Shown here piece by piece: positions 8,384 through 21,333 of a DNA stretch of 64,000 nucleotides. Position 1 is the stretch's first letter, and each line of letters starts with the position of its first letter. The translations under genes were made by a program, and so were the position numbers. The stretch lies in sequence record DRR378314_956; one strand, 5' to 3'. The notes beneath the pieces were generated by a model, which had not been told where the DNA came from, did not search any database, and was given only the letters and a program-made list of their open reading frames with translations.

Positions 8384-10953
8384 GTGAACCTGACCAAACG
8401 ACTATTAATGTCACTGGCGCTTGTGTTGCCAGTTACCACCGCTGCCCAATCCATTAGCCAGTCCCAGATTGAACAGTTCAAGAGCATGCCACGGGCACAG
8501 CAGGAGGCCTTGGCGCGTCAATACGGGGTGGATCTGGACTCCATTGCCGGCTCTGCAAGCCAGCAAAACCAGCGGCCACAGAACGTGAACGTGGTAGAGC
8601 CGGTTGACGCCATCTCCGATGAGGAGAGGGAGCGTGCCCGGCAAGAGCAGGACGACAACGAAGAACAGGACCGCAAGAACGGCGGCCTGAAGCCTTACGG
8701 TTACGATCTGTTTGTTGGAAGCCCCACAACGTTTGCGCCAGTGACGGAAATTCCCATTCCCAACGACTACACCTTGGGCCCTGGCGACGTACTGCGGCTA
8801 CAACTCTGGGGCAAGGAAAACCAGCAACTGGAGCTGCCCGTATCCCGGGACGGTACCATCAGCTTTCCGCAGTCAGGCCCCCAAGCCGTTGCGGGCCTGA
8901 CGTTTGATCAAGCCAGGCAGCAGATTAAGAAGCGAGTCTCCGAGCAGTACATCGGTGTTCAGGCCAGCGTTTCCCTGGGTGAACTGCGCAGCATGCGAGT
9001 GTTTGTGCTGGGCGAGGCCAGAAATGCCGGTTCTTACACGGTCAGTTCCCTCTCCACCATCACCAACGCTCTCTATGTGTCTGGCGGCATTAAACGTACC
9101 GGCTCCCTGCGTAAAATTCAGCACAAGCGGGACGGCAAGCTGGTCGGCGAACTGGATCTTTACGACCTGTTGCTGGCGGGTGACACCTCTGACGACAACC
9201 GTCTGCAACCCGGCGATGTAATTTTTATCCCACCGGTGGGCGACCGAGTAGGTATAGACGGCGAAGTCTACCGCCCCGCGCTCTATGAACTGAAAAACGA
9301 CGCCAACCTGCAGGAGCTGGTAAACCTGGCCGGCGGCCTGACCCCTCAGGCCTATCCGCAACTGGTCCGCATCGAGCGCAATAACGACGACTTCCTGCGC
9401 ATCATCGCCGAAGCTAACCTCACCACGCCAAAAGGCAGACAGGCAAAGGTTAAGCCCGGTGACCGTATAGAAGTGGCCTCCATCTCCGACATCACCGGCC
9501 AATACGTGGAAGTGAAGGGCGCGGCCACCCGCCCCGGTCGTTACGCCTGGGTGCCGGGTATGCGGGTGAGCTCCGTTATTCAGTCCCTGGACAACGACCT
9601 ACTACGGGAAGCGGACAAGCGCTACGCAGCCATTGTACGTACCGACCCCGAGACTGACACCGTATCCGTCCTCAATCTGCGCCTGCGCGAAGCCATGGAT
9701 AACCCCGGTGGCGAGAACGATATTCTTCTGCAGGAAAAAGACCAGTTCCTAATTTTTGCGGATGAAGGCAAGGTAAGCGCGAAAACCAGTGATCGAAATG
9801 ACAGTGAGCAGAAAGAGGCCCGGCGCCGAAATATGGCTGCAGCAGAGGTTGAAGAAACCGATTACAGCCGGTTCAGCAGGGAAGCCTTGTTCGCGCCAGT
9901 ACTGCAAAGGCTGAAAGCCCAGGCCAAACCAGGCGCCCCGCAACAGACTATTCAGGTGACTGGCCCGGTACGCTACCCGGGCGAATACCCGTTACCAGCC
10001 TCACGGCAGGTTTCAGATGCGATCTACGTAGCCGGTGGCCTGAAAGACTCAGCTTCCCTTTATACCGCTGAGCTGGCCCGTTTCGGAGTGGACGAAGAGG
10101 GCACGGGTGAAACCAGGATCATAAGCCTGAACCTGGAGGCGGTCATGAAAGGCCAGGCCTCCGCCGCGCTAAAAAGCCGGGACCGCCTGCTGATCAAATC
10201 CATACCGGAATTTGCGCAGGCCAAAACCATTGAACTGGATGGCGAAGTCCGCTACCCCGGCCAGTACACTATTCGCAATGGCGAAACACTCCGCGACGTG
10301 ATCGAACGCGCTGGAGGCCTCACCGATAACGCCTTCCCGGAAGGCGCCATATTCACCCGAGAAAAACTCCGCCAACTCGAAGCTCAGCGCCTGCGTGAAG
10401 CCGAAGAGCGATTGCAGGGTGACTTGGTAGGTATACAACTGGAAGGCGATGATTTTGGCGGTCAAAATGCGGAGCGCACCCAACAGGTTCAGGACCTGCT
10501 TGAAGAAGTGCAGGATTCCCGCCCCGTCGGGCGAATGGTGATCAACCTAGCAGCGGTTGTGGGCAGCGACGACTATCAGCCCATCCGCCTTCAGGATGGC
10601 GACACATTAACAGTACCAACCATCCCACAAGCCGTCAGCGTATTTGGCGAAGTCCAGTTCCCCACCAGCCATCTGCATTCGAAAGGTTTGACTGTGGATG
10701 ACTACCTGGAACGCAGTGGTGGCCCAACGCGCCAGGCGGATGAGGAAAGAGTGTATGTGGTGAAGGCAGACGGTTCCGTAATGCTACCAGAGAAAAGCCG
10801 CTGGTTTGGCGGGCGCAGCCAGCAATTGGCACCGGGGGATACCATTATCGTGCCCATTGATGTGGACAGGCTGAATCAGTTGGAGCTTTGGAGTAACGTG
10901 AGCCAGATTGTTTACCAGATGGCTCTGGGTGCAGCAGCTGTGGGGAATCTTTA

Positions 10954-10954
<1 letters not shown>
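8384..10954 (+). CDS. Large polysaccharide export protein with Poly_export and multiple SLBB domains (OtnA/WbfF/KpsD-like)
   Basis: Signal peptide, DYTLGPGD...DGTISFP Poly_export motif, repeated V.GEV..PG.Y SLBB units. Confidence 0.88.
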
Positions 10955-13457
<2,503 letters not shown>

Positions 13458-13470
<13 letters not shown>

Positions 13471-14606
13471 ACCTTGCAGCGCAGCAGGCCCTTATTAAAG
13501 AAAAGATCGACGCCAATATTCAGAGGGTGCTGGCCCATGGTAAGTACATACTCGGGCCTGAAGTTCACGAACTAGAAGAGCGATTGGCAGTCTATACAGG
13601 CTCGAAGTATTGTATAACAGTTGCTAATGGTACTGATGCCCTTCAGATTGCCCAGATGGCCGTAGGTGTTGGTCATGGAGACGAGGTGATTGTGCCGGGC
13701 TTCAGTTACATCGCAACAGCCGAAACCCCTGCCGTGCTGGGTGCCAAGCCAGTGTGCGTAGACATTGACCCAAACACCTACAACCTGAACCCAGATAAAC
13801 TGGAGGCAGCGATAACGCAGCGTACCAAAGCGATAATTCCTGTATCTCTTTATGGACAATGCGCTGATTTCGACGCTATTAATGCCGTTGCTCGAAAGCA
13901 CGGTATCCCGGTTATTGAGGATGGTGCTCAGAGTTTCGGCGCCACCTATAAAGGTAAGAAGTCCTGTAATCTCAGCACTATTGGTTGTACCAGTTTTTTT
14001 CCCAGTAAACCGCTGGGTTGTTATGGAGATGGTGGTGCCATTTTTACTAATGACGAGGAGTTGGCAATCGTGCTGCGTCAGATTGCACGCCATGGCCAGG
14101 ACAGGCGCTACCATCATGTGCGTGTAGGGGTAAATAGCCGACTCGATACACTTCAGGCTGCTGTATTGCTAGCCAAATTTGATTTATTCCCGAATGAGGT
14201 TCGTGAGCGGCAAATGGTGGCTCAGCGATATACTGAACTGCTTAATGTGGGAACTCGGAGCCACTCTGACTTAAGCAGTGATAGCTCTAGTCGGGGCTCT
14301 CCAGTGCCAGCTTTGGTGGCAATTCCTGATGTTGCACCGGGTTGCACCAGTGTTTGGGCGCAGTACACGATAGAAGTCTTGGAGCGCGATGAAGTTCAAA
14401 CAGCCCTGAAAGAAGCAGGGATCCCTACGGCTGTGCACTACCCTTTACCGTTGTACCGCCAGCCCGCCTTTGCGGATTTGACAATTGAACCACACGATTA
14501 CCCAAATTGTGAGGCTGCTAGCGCTCGGGTAATGAGCCTTCCAATGCATCCTAAATTGAGCGAGCGCGAGCAGATACGGGTTGCCAAGGCTCTAGGGGTT
14601 CGGTAA
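13458..14606 (+). CDS. wbpE: DegT-family aminotransferase
   Basis: [33 protein letters not shown] (PLP Lys) and NSRLD. Confidence 0.87.
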
Positions 14607-14631
14607 TTCATGTCTTTGCTTTCTTGCCTTT

Positions 14632-16098
14632 GTGTCTCCTTTGGCTACTAAAAAGCTAAAGGCTATCGTTCAGCGGATACTGCCAAAGAGTCGCTTCGCT
14701 CGTAGCGCTAGCCTCCTCGCTGGCGGTGCTGTGGCGGGGCAGGCAATTATAGTAGCAGCTTCCCCGATCCTTACACGGCTATATAGCCCTGAAGATTTCG
14801 GTGTGCTCGCCGTGTTTGCCTCTTTACTCAGTATCCTTAGTATCGTTGCTAGCCTGCGATACCAACTTGCTATTCCTCTTCCTAAGACCGACGAGGAGGC
14901 TGCAAACGTTACTGTGCTTAGTTTGGCTGTAGTGGTATGTATAGCTTCGCTTACGGCTGCTGTGGTTATTCCGTTAAGTCAAACCATCGCATCAGCTCTT
15001 AATATCCCTTTGTTGGCAGGTTATCTTTGGTTGTTGCCGCTAGGCCTTTTGCTTGTGGGCACTTACGAGGTTCTAAACTACTGGGCCATTCGTAAAAGAG
15101 CGTTTGGTGCTATCGCTCAAACCAAATTAACTCAAAGCTTGGGAACGGTTGGCATACAGATTGGTGGGTATACTCTCGGACCTACTGCATTGTTGATAGG
15201 TAGGGTCGTGGGACAGGCAGCAGGTTTGTACAAGCTAGGGGCCATGTTAATCAGGGATAGGAGGCGTTTCGCACAAGTTCGAGTTTCCGGAATCAAAGCG
15301 TCCCTCAAAGATTACCGGTCTTTTCCGTTGGTATCGACTTGGAGTGGGTTGTCAAGTGCAGGAGGGGCCCAGTTGCCACCCCTGTTGATTGCCATAATTA
15401 TCGGGCCAGCAGCAGCAGGTTTATACGCTCTTACACATCGGGTTCTGTCATTACCTATTGGAGTTATTAGCAAATCAATGGGGGATGTTTTTTATAGTGA
15501 AGCCGTAGAAGCGAAGCTACAGGGAACGTTAGGTTCTCTCGTTGTAGATATCTATTACAAAATGGTGGCTGCTAGTCTACCTATTGCGATGGTATTGATT
15601 ATTTCAGCGCCAGAAGTGTTCAGCGTGGTGTTTGGTGAGAATTGGGTGCGGTCTGGTGAATTGGCAAGTTGGATGTCGTTTGGAGTGTTTTTTCAATTTG
15701 TTACTACGCCTCCAGGAAGAGTTTTCTTAATACTTGAGCGTCATGGCTATGCTCTTATATTCCAGTTGGCTTTTCTTCTAACTACTGCTGCTTCCATAAT
15801 TATTGGTGGTTGGTGGTTTAATGACATCATCACCATAGTGGCCATTCTCACATTTGGTAGATCGGTGGTCTACTGTTGCCGGTTTTGGAAGATTCTAGAT
15901 TTAGTGGATGAAGATGCGCAGAAGTTATGGATTCCACTTGTTAAATATTTACCGTACTCGATACTATGTGCTCTTCCAGCTTTATTTGGTTTTTACATGC
16001 TAGATTCATCTGAAAATTATCTCTACATAAAAATAGTTCTTTTTGTTTTGTCAGTTCTAATGTCGGTCGTCCCGCCCTTAAAGTTGGTCCTGAAATGA
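14632..16098 (+). CDS. wzx: Polysaccharide flippase
   Basis: PILTRLYSPEDFG motif and a multi-TM MOP-type profile. Confidence 0.85.
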   Translation: MSPLATKKLKAIVQRILPKSRFARSASLLAGGAVAGQAIIVAASPILTRLYSPEDFGVLAVFASLLSILSIVASLRYQLAIPLPKTDEEAANVTVLSLAVVVCIASLTAAVVIPLSQTIASALNIPLLAGYLWLLPLGLLLVGTYEVLNYWAIRKRAFGAIAQTKLTQSLGTVGIQIGGYTLGPTALLIGRVVGQAAGLYKLGAMLIRDRRRFAQVRVSGIKASLKDYRSFPLVSTWSGLSSAGGAQLPPLLIAIIIGPAAAGLYALTHRVLSLPIGVISKSMGDVFYSEAVEAKLQGTLGSLVVDIYYKMVAASLPIAMVLIISAPEVFSVVFGENWVRSGELASWMSFGVFFQFVTTPPGRVFLILERHGYALIFQLAFLLTTAASIIIGGWWFNDIITIVAILTFGRSVVYCCRFWKILDLVDEDAQKLWIPLVKYLPYSILCALPALFGFYMLDSSENYLYIKIVLFVLSVLMSVVPPLKLVLK

Positions 16099-16110
16099 GA
16101 GTGTGGAATT

Positions 16111-16650
16111 GTGATTAGGTTTTTTAAAAATATAATAGAAAGTGCTCTCCTTATTTTGTGGCCTATATACATGAAAAGTGGGAATGAGCATTCTGCCAAG
16201 ATAGTCTTGAAGCATTGGTTTCTTCAGAAAATACTTAGGATAAATGGAACAGTACCTTGGCCGGTACATCCTACCTCAAGAGTGATAAAGCCTGAAAATA
16301 TCCAAAGAGGAACAAGAACGCCAGGACTTTCTCTCTCTTGCCATATTGACGGTAGAAATGGAATTATTCTAGGCCGTAATGTATGGATTGGACCTCGAGT
16401 TTCTATAATTTCAATGAACCATGATGTAAATAATTTTCATAACTATATATCTGACGGTCCAGTTGTGATCAATAAAAATTCATGGCTAGGAGCGAACTGT
16501 ACAATACTGCCCGGCGTGCACCTAGGAGAGCATACTGTGGTGGCTGCTGGTGCAGTGGTTGCCAAGTCATTTCCTGAAGGTGATCAGGTTCTGGCGGGCG
16601 TGCCAGCAAGGGTAGTTAAGAAACTGGAGCCATACGGTGGCGTTAGCTGA
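16111..16650 (+). CDS. Hexapeptide-repeat O-acyltransferase
   Basis: WIGPRV...NH, WLGANCTILPGV.LG...VVAAGAVV and GVPAR. Confidence 0.85.
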   Translation: MIRFFKNIIESALLILWPIYMKSGNEHSAKIVLKHWFLQKILRINGTVPWPVHPTSRVIKPENIQRGTRTPGLSLSCHIDGRNGIILGRNVWIGPRVSIISMNHDVNNFHNYISDGPVVINKNSWLGANCTILPGVHLGEHTVVAAGAVVAKSFPEGDQVLAGVPARVVKKLEPYGGVS

Positions 16651-16736
16651 TATAAATTGGATCTAATTGATCTGCGCCTAGATCTAAGAATCTAATAGGT
16701 ATTTTACAAACTGAGGTAGAAGTTTTGGATGTCAAT

Positions 16737-17972
16737 ATGAAAGTACTGGTAGTTGGCCTGACCCCAGAATATTATTCGTCATCAGTTCGCACGGCGGTGT
16801 CTGACTATCAGGCGTCGATGCGGTCAACTAATATGGGAGCGTCATTTATAACACGCTCTATTATTTCAATATTTGGTGCTGACTATCTTGACATAGCTTC
16901 AGAATTTGATGTGACTAAAATCAGGAACAACTATGATGTTTGTATAGTCTCACTTGCCAGCCATTTTGGTCCGAATCGAAATGTTAGTCAGCTGGTAAAA
17001 TTTTTAAAAAGTGTTGACCTTAGAACGGTTTTCCTGTCTGGAGGGCTAGACGCAGGCCAGGATGGAAGTAATAACGTTCATGAGAGCGTAAGAGAACTAC
17101 TAGAGCTGTGTTCCGTCGATAATAATTGGATTGGTGTTAGAGGTGCTGCGTCCGCACTCTACTTGCACCGCCAAGGGATAGAAAACGTCGTTCCAATTGG
17201 CTGCCCTACTATGTATTCGAACTTTGCGGGTGAAATCCTGCCGTCAGGAATTGAATCCCCAAGGGATATTGCAGTTCCATTTCACTGGAGTATTGCGGTT
17301 AATTTATTAGATGAGCTCTGTGATCACAGGTTAATTGGGCAGGATGTTATGGATGAGGAGCTATTCTTAGAGAACAAAAGTGCCCGGCTAAGTAGAAATA
17401 TCAGTGAGCATCTAGGTATTTCAAAAAATGAAGCTCAAAGCAAGTTAGAGTATGCAGTTTCGAGCGGTGGCTTTTTTCCTGAGTCGTACCAAGCTTGGTA
17501 TCAAGAGATTGGGAACCAGAAGGCTCTTTTGTCCGGAAGGTTACATGCGGCGATATGCGGTCTTACACAGGGCGTGCCTACGGTACTATCGTCTTGGGAT
17601 ATAAGAACTCGTGAAATTGTAGATTACTTCAAGATTCCGAGTGCATCTGGCGAGAAAATTCGAAAGGAAGGTTCCCTGTCTGCATTTATGAATGCAGACT
17701 TTGAAGGTTTCAATGAAAGGCAGAACGTCTGTTGGGGGAGGTGGTCTGAATTCTTGAATCAGAATAACATTGCCAACATTAGTAAAGTATATGATAGTTC
17801 GGTTGGGCCATTTTGGAATTTTAAAACAGAATTGCAAAATGATAACGAAATATTAAAAACCGCATCATATTTGAAGTCAGAGAATAAGTCTGGCCAATCG
17901 CGTCAAATTAATCGAGCTTTGAGAGTTTTAAAACGCGGCCTTAAATCAACTGTCAGAAAGACCCGATTGTAG
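16737..17972 (+). CDS. Polysaccharide pyruvyl transferase family protein
   Basis: TNMG, IGVRG..S, VVPIGCP, SGRLHAAI and WDIRT.E motifs. Confidence 0.7.
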   Translation: MKVLVVGLTPEYYSSSVRTAVSDYQASMRSTNMGASFITRSIISIFGADYLDIASEFDVTKIRNNYDVCIVSLASHFGPNRNVSQLVKFLKSVDLRTVFLSGGLDAGQDGSNNVHESVRELLELCSVDNNWIGVRGAASALYLHRQGIENVVPIGCPTMYSNFAGEILPSGIESPRDIAVPFHWSIAVNLLDELCDHRLIGQDVMDEELFLENKSARLSRNISEHLGISKNEAQSKLEYAVSSGGFFPESYQAWYQEIGNQKALLSGRLHAAICGLTQGVPTVLSSWDIRTREIVDYFKIPSASGEKIRKEGSLSAFMNADFEGFNERQNVCWGRWSEFLNQNNIANISKVYDSSVGPFWNFKTELQNDNEILKTASYLKSENKSGQSRQINRALRVLKRGLKSTVRKTRL

Positions 17973-17982
17973 TAGACTTTTT

Positions 17983-18948
17983 ATGTTATTTTATATCTCT
18001 AAATCTATATTATTCGTAGAAAAGTTGATAAATAAACTGTCTCGAATTTTCGGCGGTCCAGTACTTGCGCAACTAGAAGCTCTTCTGTATGGAAAGCCTA
18101 AAGATTTGCTGGCGCATCCTCCGATCTTTTTTCTCGGTGCTCCAAGGTCCGGTACCACACTGGCGATGCAAGTGATCACTGATGTGTTTGACGTCGGTTA
18201 CCTAAGCAACTTCCATGGCAAATATTTTGGTGCTCCTGCTTTAGCAGAAATGGTTTTCCATCCCATTCACGATCGACCCAGATCTAGTTATCACTCCGTC
18301 CATGGAAGGACAGACAGGCCCTATGATCCATCAGAGTGTGGGCAGTGGTGGTATCGCTTTTTCAGGCGTCAGCCACGGTATGTTGATCTAGGAGGCGTAA
18401 GTAATCGTAATATGGAGTGTTTCCGTGGATCCGTCGCATCATTGATAAGAGCATTTGGAAAGCCCGTTCTTTTTAAAAACCCACATGCGGCTCTGCGTAT
18501 TCAGCCAATCACTAAATACATTCCCGAATCACTTTTTATAATAATGGTAAGGGATGAACTGGACAATGCACATTCGCTACTTGAGGTGAGAAAAAGAGTT
18601 TACGATGACTATGAAAAGTGGTGGTCTATGGAGCCACCTGCAGTCACGGAGCTTGAAAAACTACCAGCGCATCAACAAGTCGTAGAGCAGATACGGCATA
18701 TTTACTCGACGATCGATAAAGATTTAGCTATCAGCGGTGTTGATCCAAAATGTTGTTTCAGACTGAGCTATGAAGAACTCTGTGTGAATCCCGAAAAAGA
18801 AATGAATAGGTTAGATGAGTTTTTTCAAGCGAATAGATGTAAAGTTGCGAGGCGATTTGCTCCTCCTGAACCATTTAGGCGGCGTGAAAAAGTACGTATT
18901 GATCCAGAGCTATTTGAAAGTTTGAAAAACTATGTTCGAAAATCGTGA
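17983..18948 (+). CDS. PAPS-dependent sulfotransferase
   Basis: 5'-PSB loop GAPRSGTT, KNPH, IMVRD (3'-PB) and LSYEEL motifs. Confidence 0.85.
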   Translation: MLFYISKSILFVEKLINKLSRIFGGPVLAQLEALLYGKPKDLLAHPPIFFLGAPRSGTTLAMQVITDVFDVGYLSNFHGKYFGAPALAEMVFHPIHDRPRSSYHSVHGRTDRPYDPSECGQWWYRFFRRQPRYVDLGGVSNRNMECFRGSVASLIRAFGKPVLFKNPHAALRIQPITKYIPESLFIIMVRDELDNAHSLLEVRKRVYDDYEKWWSMEPPAVTELEKLPAHQQVVEQIRHIYSTIDKDLAISGVDPKCCFRLSYEELCVNPEKEMNRLDEFFQANRCKVARRFAPPEPFRRREKVRIDPELFESLKNYVRKS

Positions 18949-20104
18949 CACTGTTGAAGAGTTCTGGTCATTAAGCGATGTGGATACTGCACGTGAAAAT
19001 GCCAGTGATACATCAGTTGAAAATTTCCTCTGTGCATTTGGAAAATTTCTTGGTGTTCATGAAAGTAGATTACAGGTAGCACCAAGTGGAAAGGCTGCGC
19101 TAGAGGGGTTATTGAAAGCTAGAAAGGATAGGCGACCTGTAGTAATGGTACCTGCTCTCAACTGTGTACGAGTGAAAGAGGCAATTGAAGCTGCAAATTG
19201 CGAGGTCCAAACATATGATTTCGAATTTCAGCCTGGCAGATTTGATTGGGATATAGTCTTAGATTCGATTACTGATCAGGTTGGCGTATTGATAGTGACC
19301 CATCTTTATGGTGTTCCAGTTGATCTGAGGAAAGCGCGTGACTTCTGCAATGCTAAGGGAATACTACTTATTGAAGACTGCGCTCAGACGTTGGGTGGTT
19401 ATATAGATGGACGGCAAGTGGGAACCTGGGGGGATGCCGCCATATTCAGTTTTAGCTATGACAAGCCAATTTCTCTAGGGTGGGGCGGTATAGCTTTTAT
19501 TAATTCTCAGGACATGTTTCAAGAAAATGGAAATGCTCCTCAGGCCTTACCAACTATAGATCCTTCATATGAATATGATTTGCTTATTAATTTTATGAAA
19601 TCGATGAATTTACGTCGATCAAGAATAAATAAAACCAAGAAAGGTATGTCATCGATTTTTCGACGGGCTTATTACAGATTTAGTCGCGCGCCTACTTATG
19701 ATGTGAGCACATCAATTGGTTCGATACGAGCCGAACTTGGCATCCTATGTCTCGAGAGATATCCTAAAATCCGTTCTATACGGAATGCAAATGCTGAGAT
19801 TTTTTCTTCGAAATGCTCGCTTGTTAGCTGGCCAGTTATGCAGCAAGATATCCAACCAGCTTGGTTGAAACAAAAAGTATTTGTCGGTGGACCTGCACAG
19901 CTAAATTCGATTTCAATTGCATTGTGTAAAAGGGGGATTCGAGCTGGTAATTTTAACTGGCCCGAATTGATCACCGGTAATACGCCTCAGTCGGCCCCAA
20001 ACGCAAATCAGGTAACGAGTTGCTGGATGGATATACCTATTCACCAGAAAATGAAAGTTAGCGAAATTGAGAACATAATTTCGGTCATTAGGGAGCATTT
20101 GTGA
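18932..20104 (+). CDS. Divergent DegT/DnrJ/EryC1/StrS PLP-dependent protein
   Basis: THLYG, IEDCAQ and FSFSYDKPISLGWGG retained; C-terminal half poorly conserved. Confidence 0.7.
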   Translation: MFENRDTVEEFWSLSDVDTARENASDTSVENFLCAFGKFLGVHESRLQVAPSGKAALEGLLKARKDRRPVVMVPALNCVRVKEAIEAANCEVQTYDFEFQPGRFDWDIVLDSITDQVGVLIVTHLYGVPVDLRKARDFCNAKGILLIEDCAQTLGGYIDGRQVGTWGDAAIFSFSYDKPISLGWGGIAFINSQDMFQENGNAPQALPTIDPSYEYDLLINFMKSMNLRRSRINKTKKGMSSIFRRAYYRFSRAPTYDVSTSIGSIRAELGILCLERYPKIRSIRNANAEIFSSKCSLVSWPVMQQDIQPAWLKQKVFVGGPAQLNSISIALCKRGIRAGNFNWPELITGNTPQSAPNANQVTSCWMDIPIHQKMKVSEIENIISVIREHL

Positions 20105-20216
20105 GCAGGTTGGTTATAAGCGAAGAACGGGTTGCTAGGAATCGATTATTGGCATCATTGTATCGGATGCTTTATAGCGAAACTCCCACCGCAGAGAAAT
20201 ATAGGAGGGGGGGTCC

Positions 20217-21197
20217 ATGGATCTAAATGTTTTGGATTCCAGCGACCGGTACCGAGCTCTGTGTTCAGAGTGTTTAACGATTCCCCTGTTTTCTCAGGCA
20301 TGGTGGCTTGATGCAGTTGCCGGCCCACAGAATTGGAGTGCCGTGTTAGCACTGAAAAATGATGAGATCGTCGGCTCGCTTCCTTATGTTTGGTCTAAGT
20401 TTTGGGGTAAAAAATTACTAACTCAACCACGATTGACTCAGACCCTTGGTCCCTGGGTGCGCCCGAGTAACGCCAAATATGCCAATGCACTGGCGATGGA
20501 GAAAGATATTCTCGGTGCTCTCGCCGACGGGTTACCGCCGTTCGACTGGTATCGACAGAGCTGGGATAGTGCGCGTTCGAACTGGTTGCCCTTTCATTGG
20601 CGTGGATATAAGCAGAGTACGCGGTACACCTATGTTTTGCCCGACATCTCAAATAGTGAGGAGCTTTGGTCTGGGTTGCAGAGGGATATTCGCGGGAATA
20701 TTCGAAAAGCCGAAACAAGGTTCGGGGTTCGCACTCGAATTAGTGAAGATATTGGGGAACTCATTCCAGTATTGCGCAAGACCTTTGAACGACAGGGTAA
20801 ACCACTTCCGTATTCCGAGCAGTTTCTTCACAGCCTTGATCAGTCTGCCGCCGCAGTAAATAAAAGAGCGATTATCTTAGGCGAGGATGCAGAGGGAAAG
20901 CTTCATGCCGGAACTTACATTGTTTGGGAGGGCGACACTGCGTATCAATTGCTGAATGGATATGATCCCGACCTTCGACAAAGCGGTGCAGGTAGTCTTT
21001 GTGTCTGGTCGGCGATTCAAGAAGCATCAAAGTACGCAATACGTTATGACTTTGAAGGTTCCATGTTAGAGCCTGTTGAGCGCTTCTTTAGGGCATTTGG
21101 CGCTATGCAGGTACCTTACTTTAGCGTAGAGCGCACAGATTCTAGATTTCTCCAGGCCGGGTTTTGTATGCGCGAGATTCTTCGCAAAGCGCCGTAA
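20217..21197 (+). CDS. FemAB-like / GNAT-fold acyltransferase
   Basis: PLFSQAWWLD, PRLTQTLGPW, WLPFHW.GY....YTY, RGNIRKA and DFEGSM..VERFF..FG. Confidence 0.75.
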   Translation: MDLNVLDSSDRYRALCSECLTIPLFSQAWWLDAVAGPQNWSAVLALKNDEIVGSLPYVWSKFWGKKLLTQPRLTQTLGPWVRPSNAKYANALAMEKDILGALADGLPPFDWYRQSWDSARSNWLPFHWRGYKQSTRYTYVLPDISNSEELWSGLQRDIRGNIRKAETRFGVRTRISEDIGELIPVLRKTFERQGKPLPYSEQFLHSLDQSAAAVNKRAIILGEDAEGKLHAGTYIVWEGDTAYQLLNGYDPDLRQSGAGSLCVWSAIQEASKYAIRYDFEGSMLEPVERFFRAFGAMQVPYFSVERTDSRFLQAGFCMREILRKAP

Positions 21198-21333
21198 ATC
21201 CAATGTTGGTCCTTAGTGCATAATCAAATTCAATGGTTCAGGTTTTTACGTCGTCTGTGAAAACTAAGCATTTCAATTGGACTCCGATGCCCCACAAGAG
21301 TAAGCATTCAAAGCAGCGTAGGTTAGTCTACTA

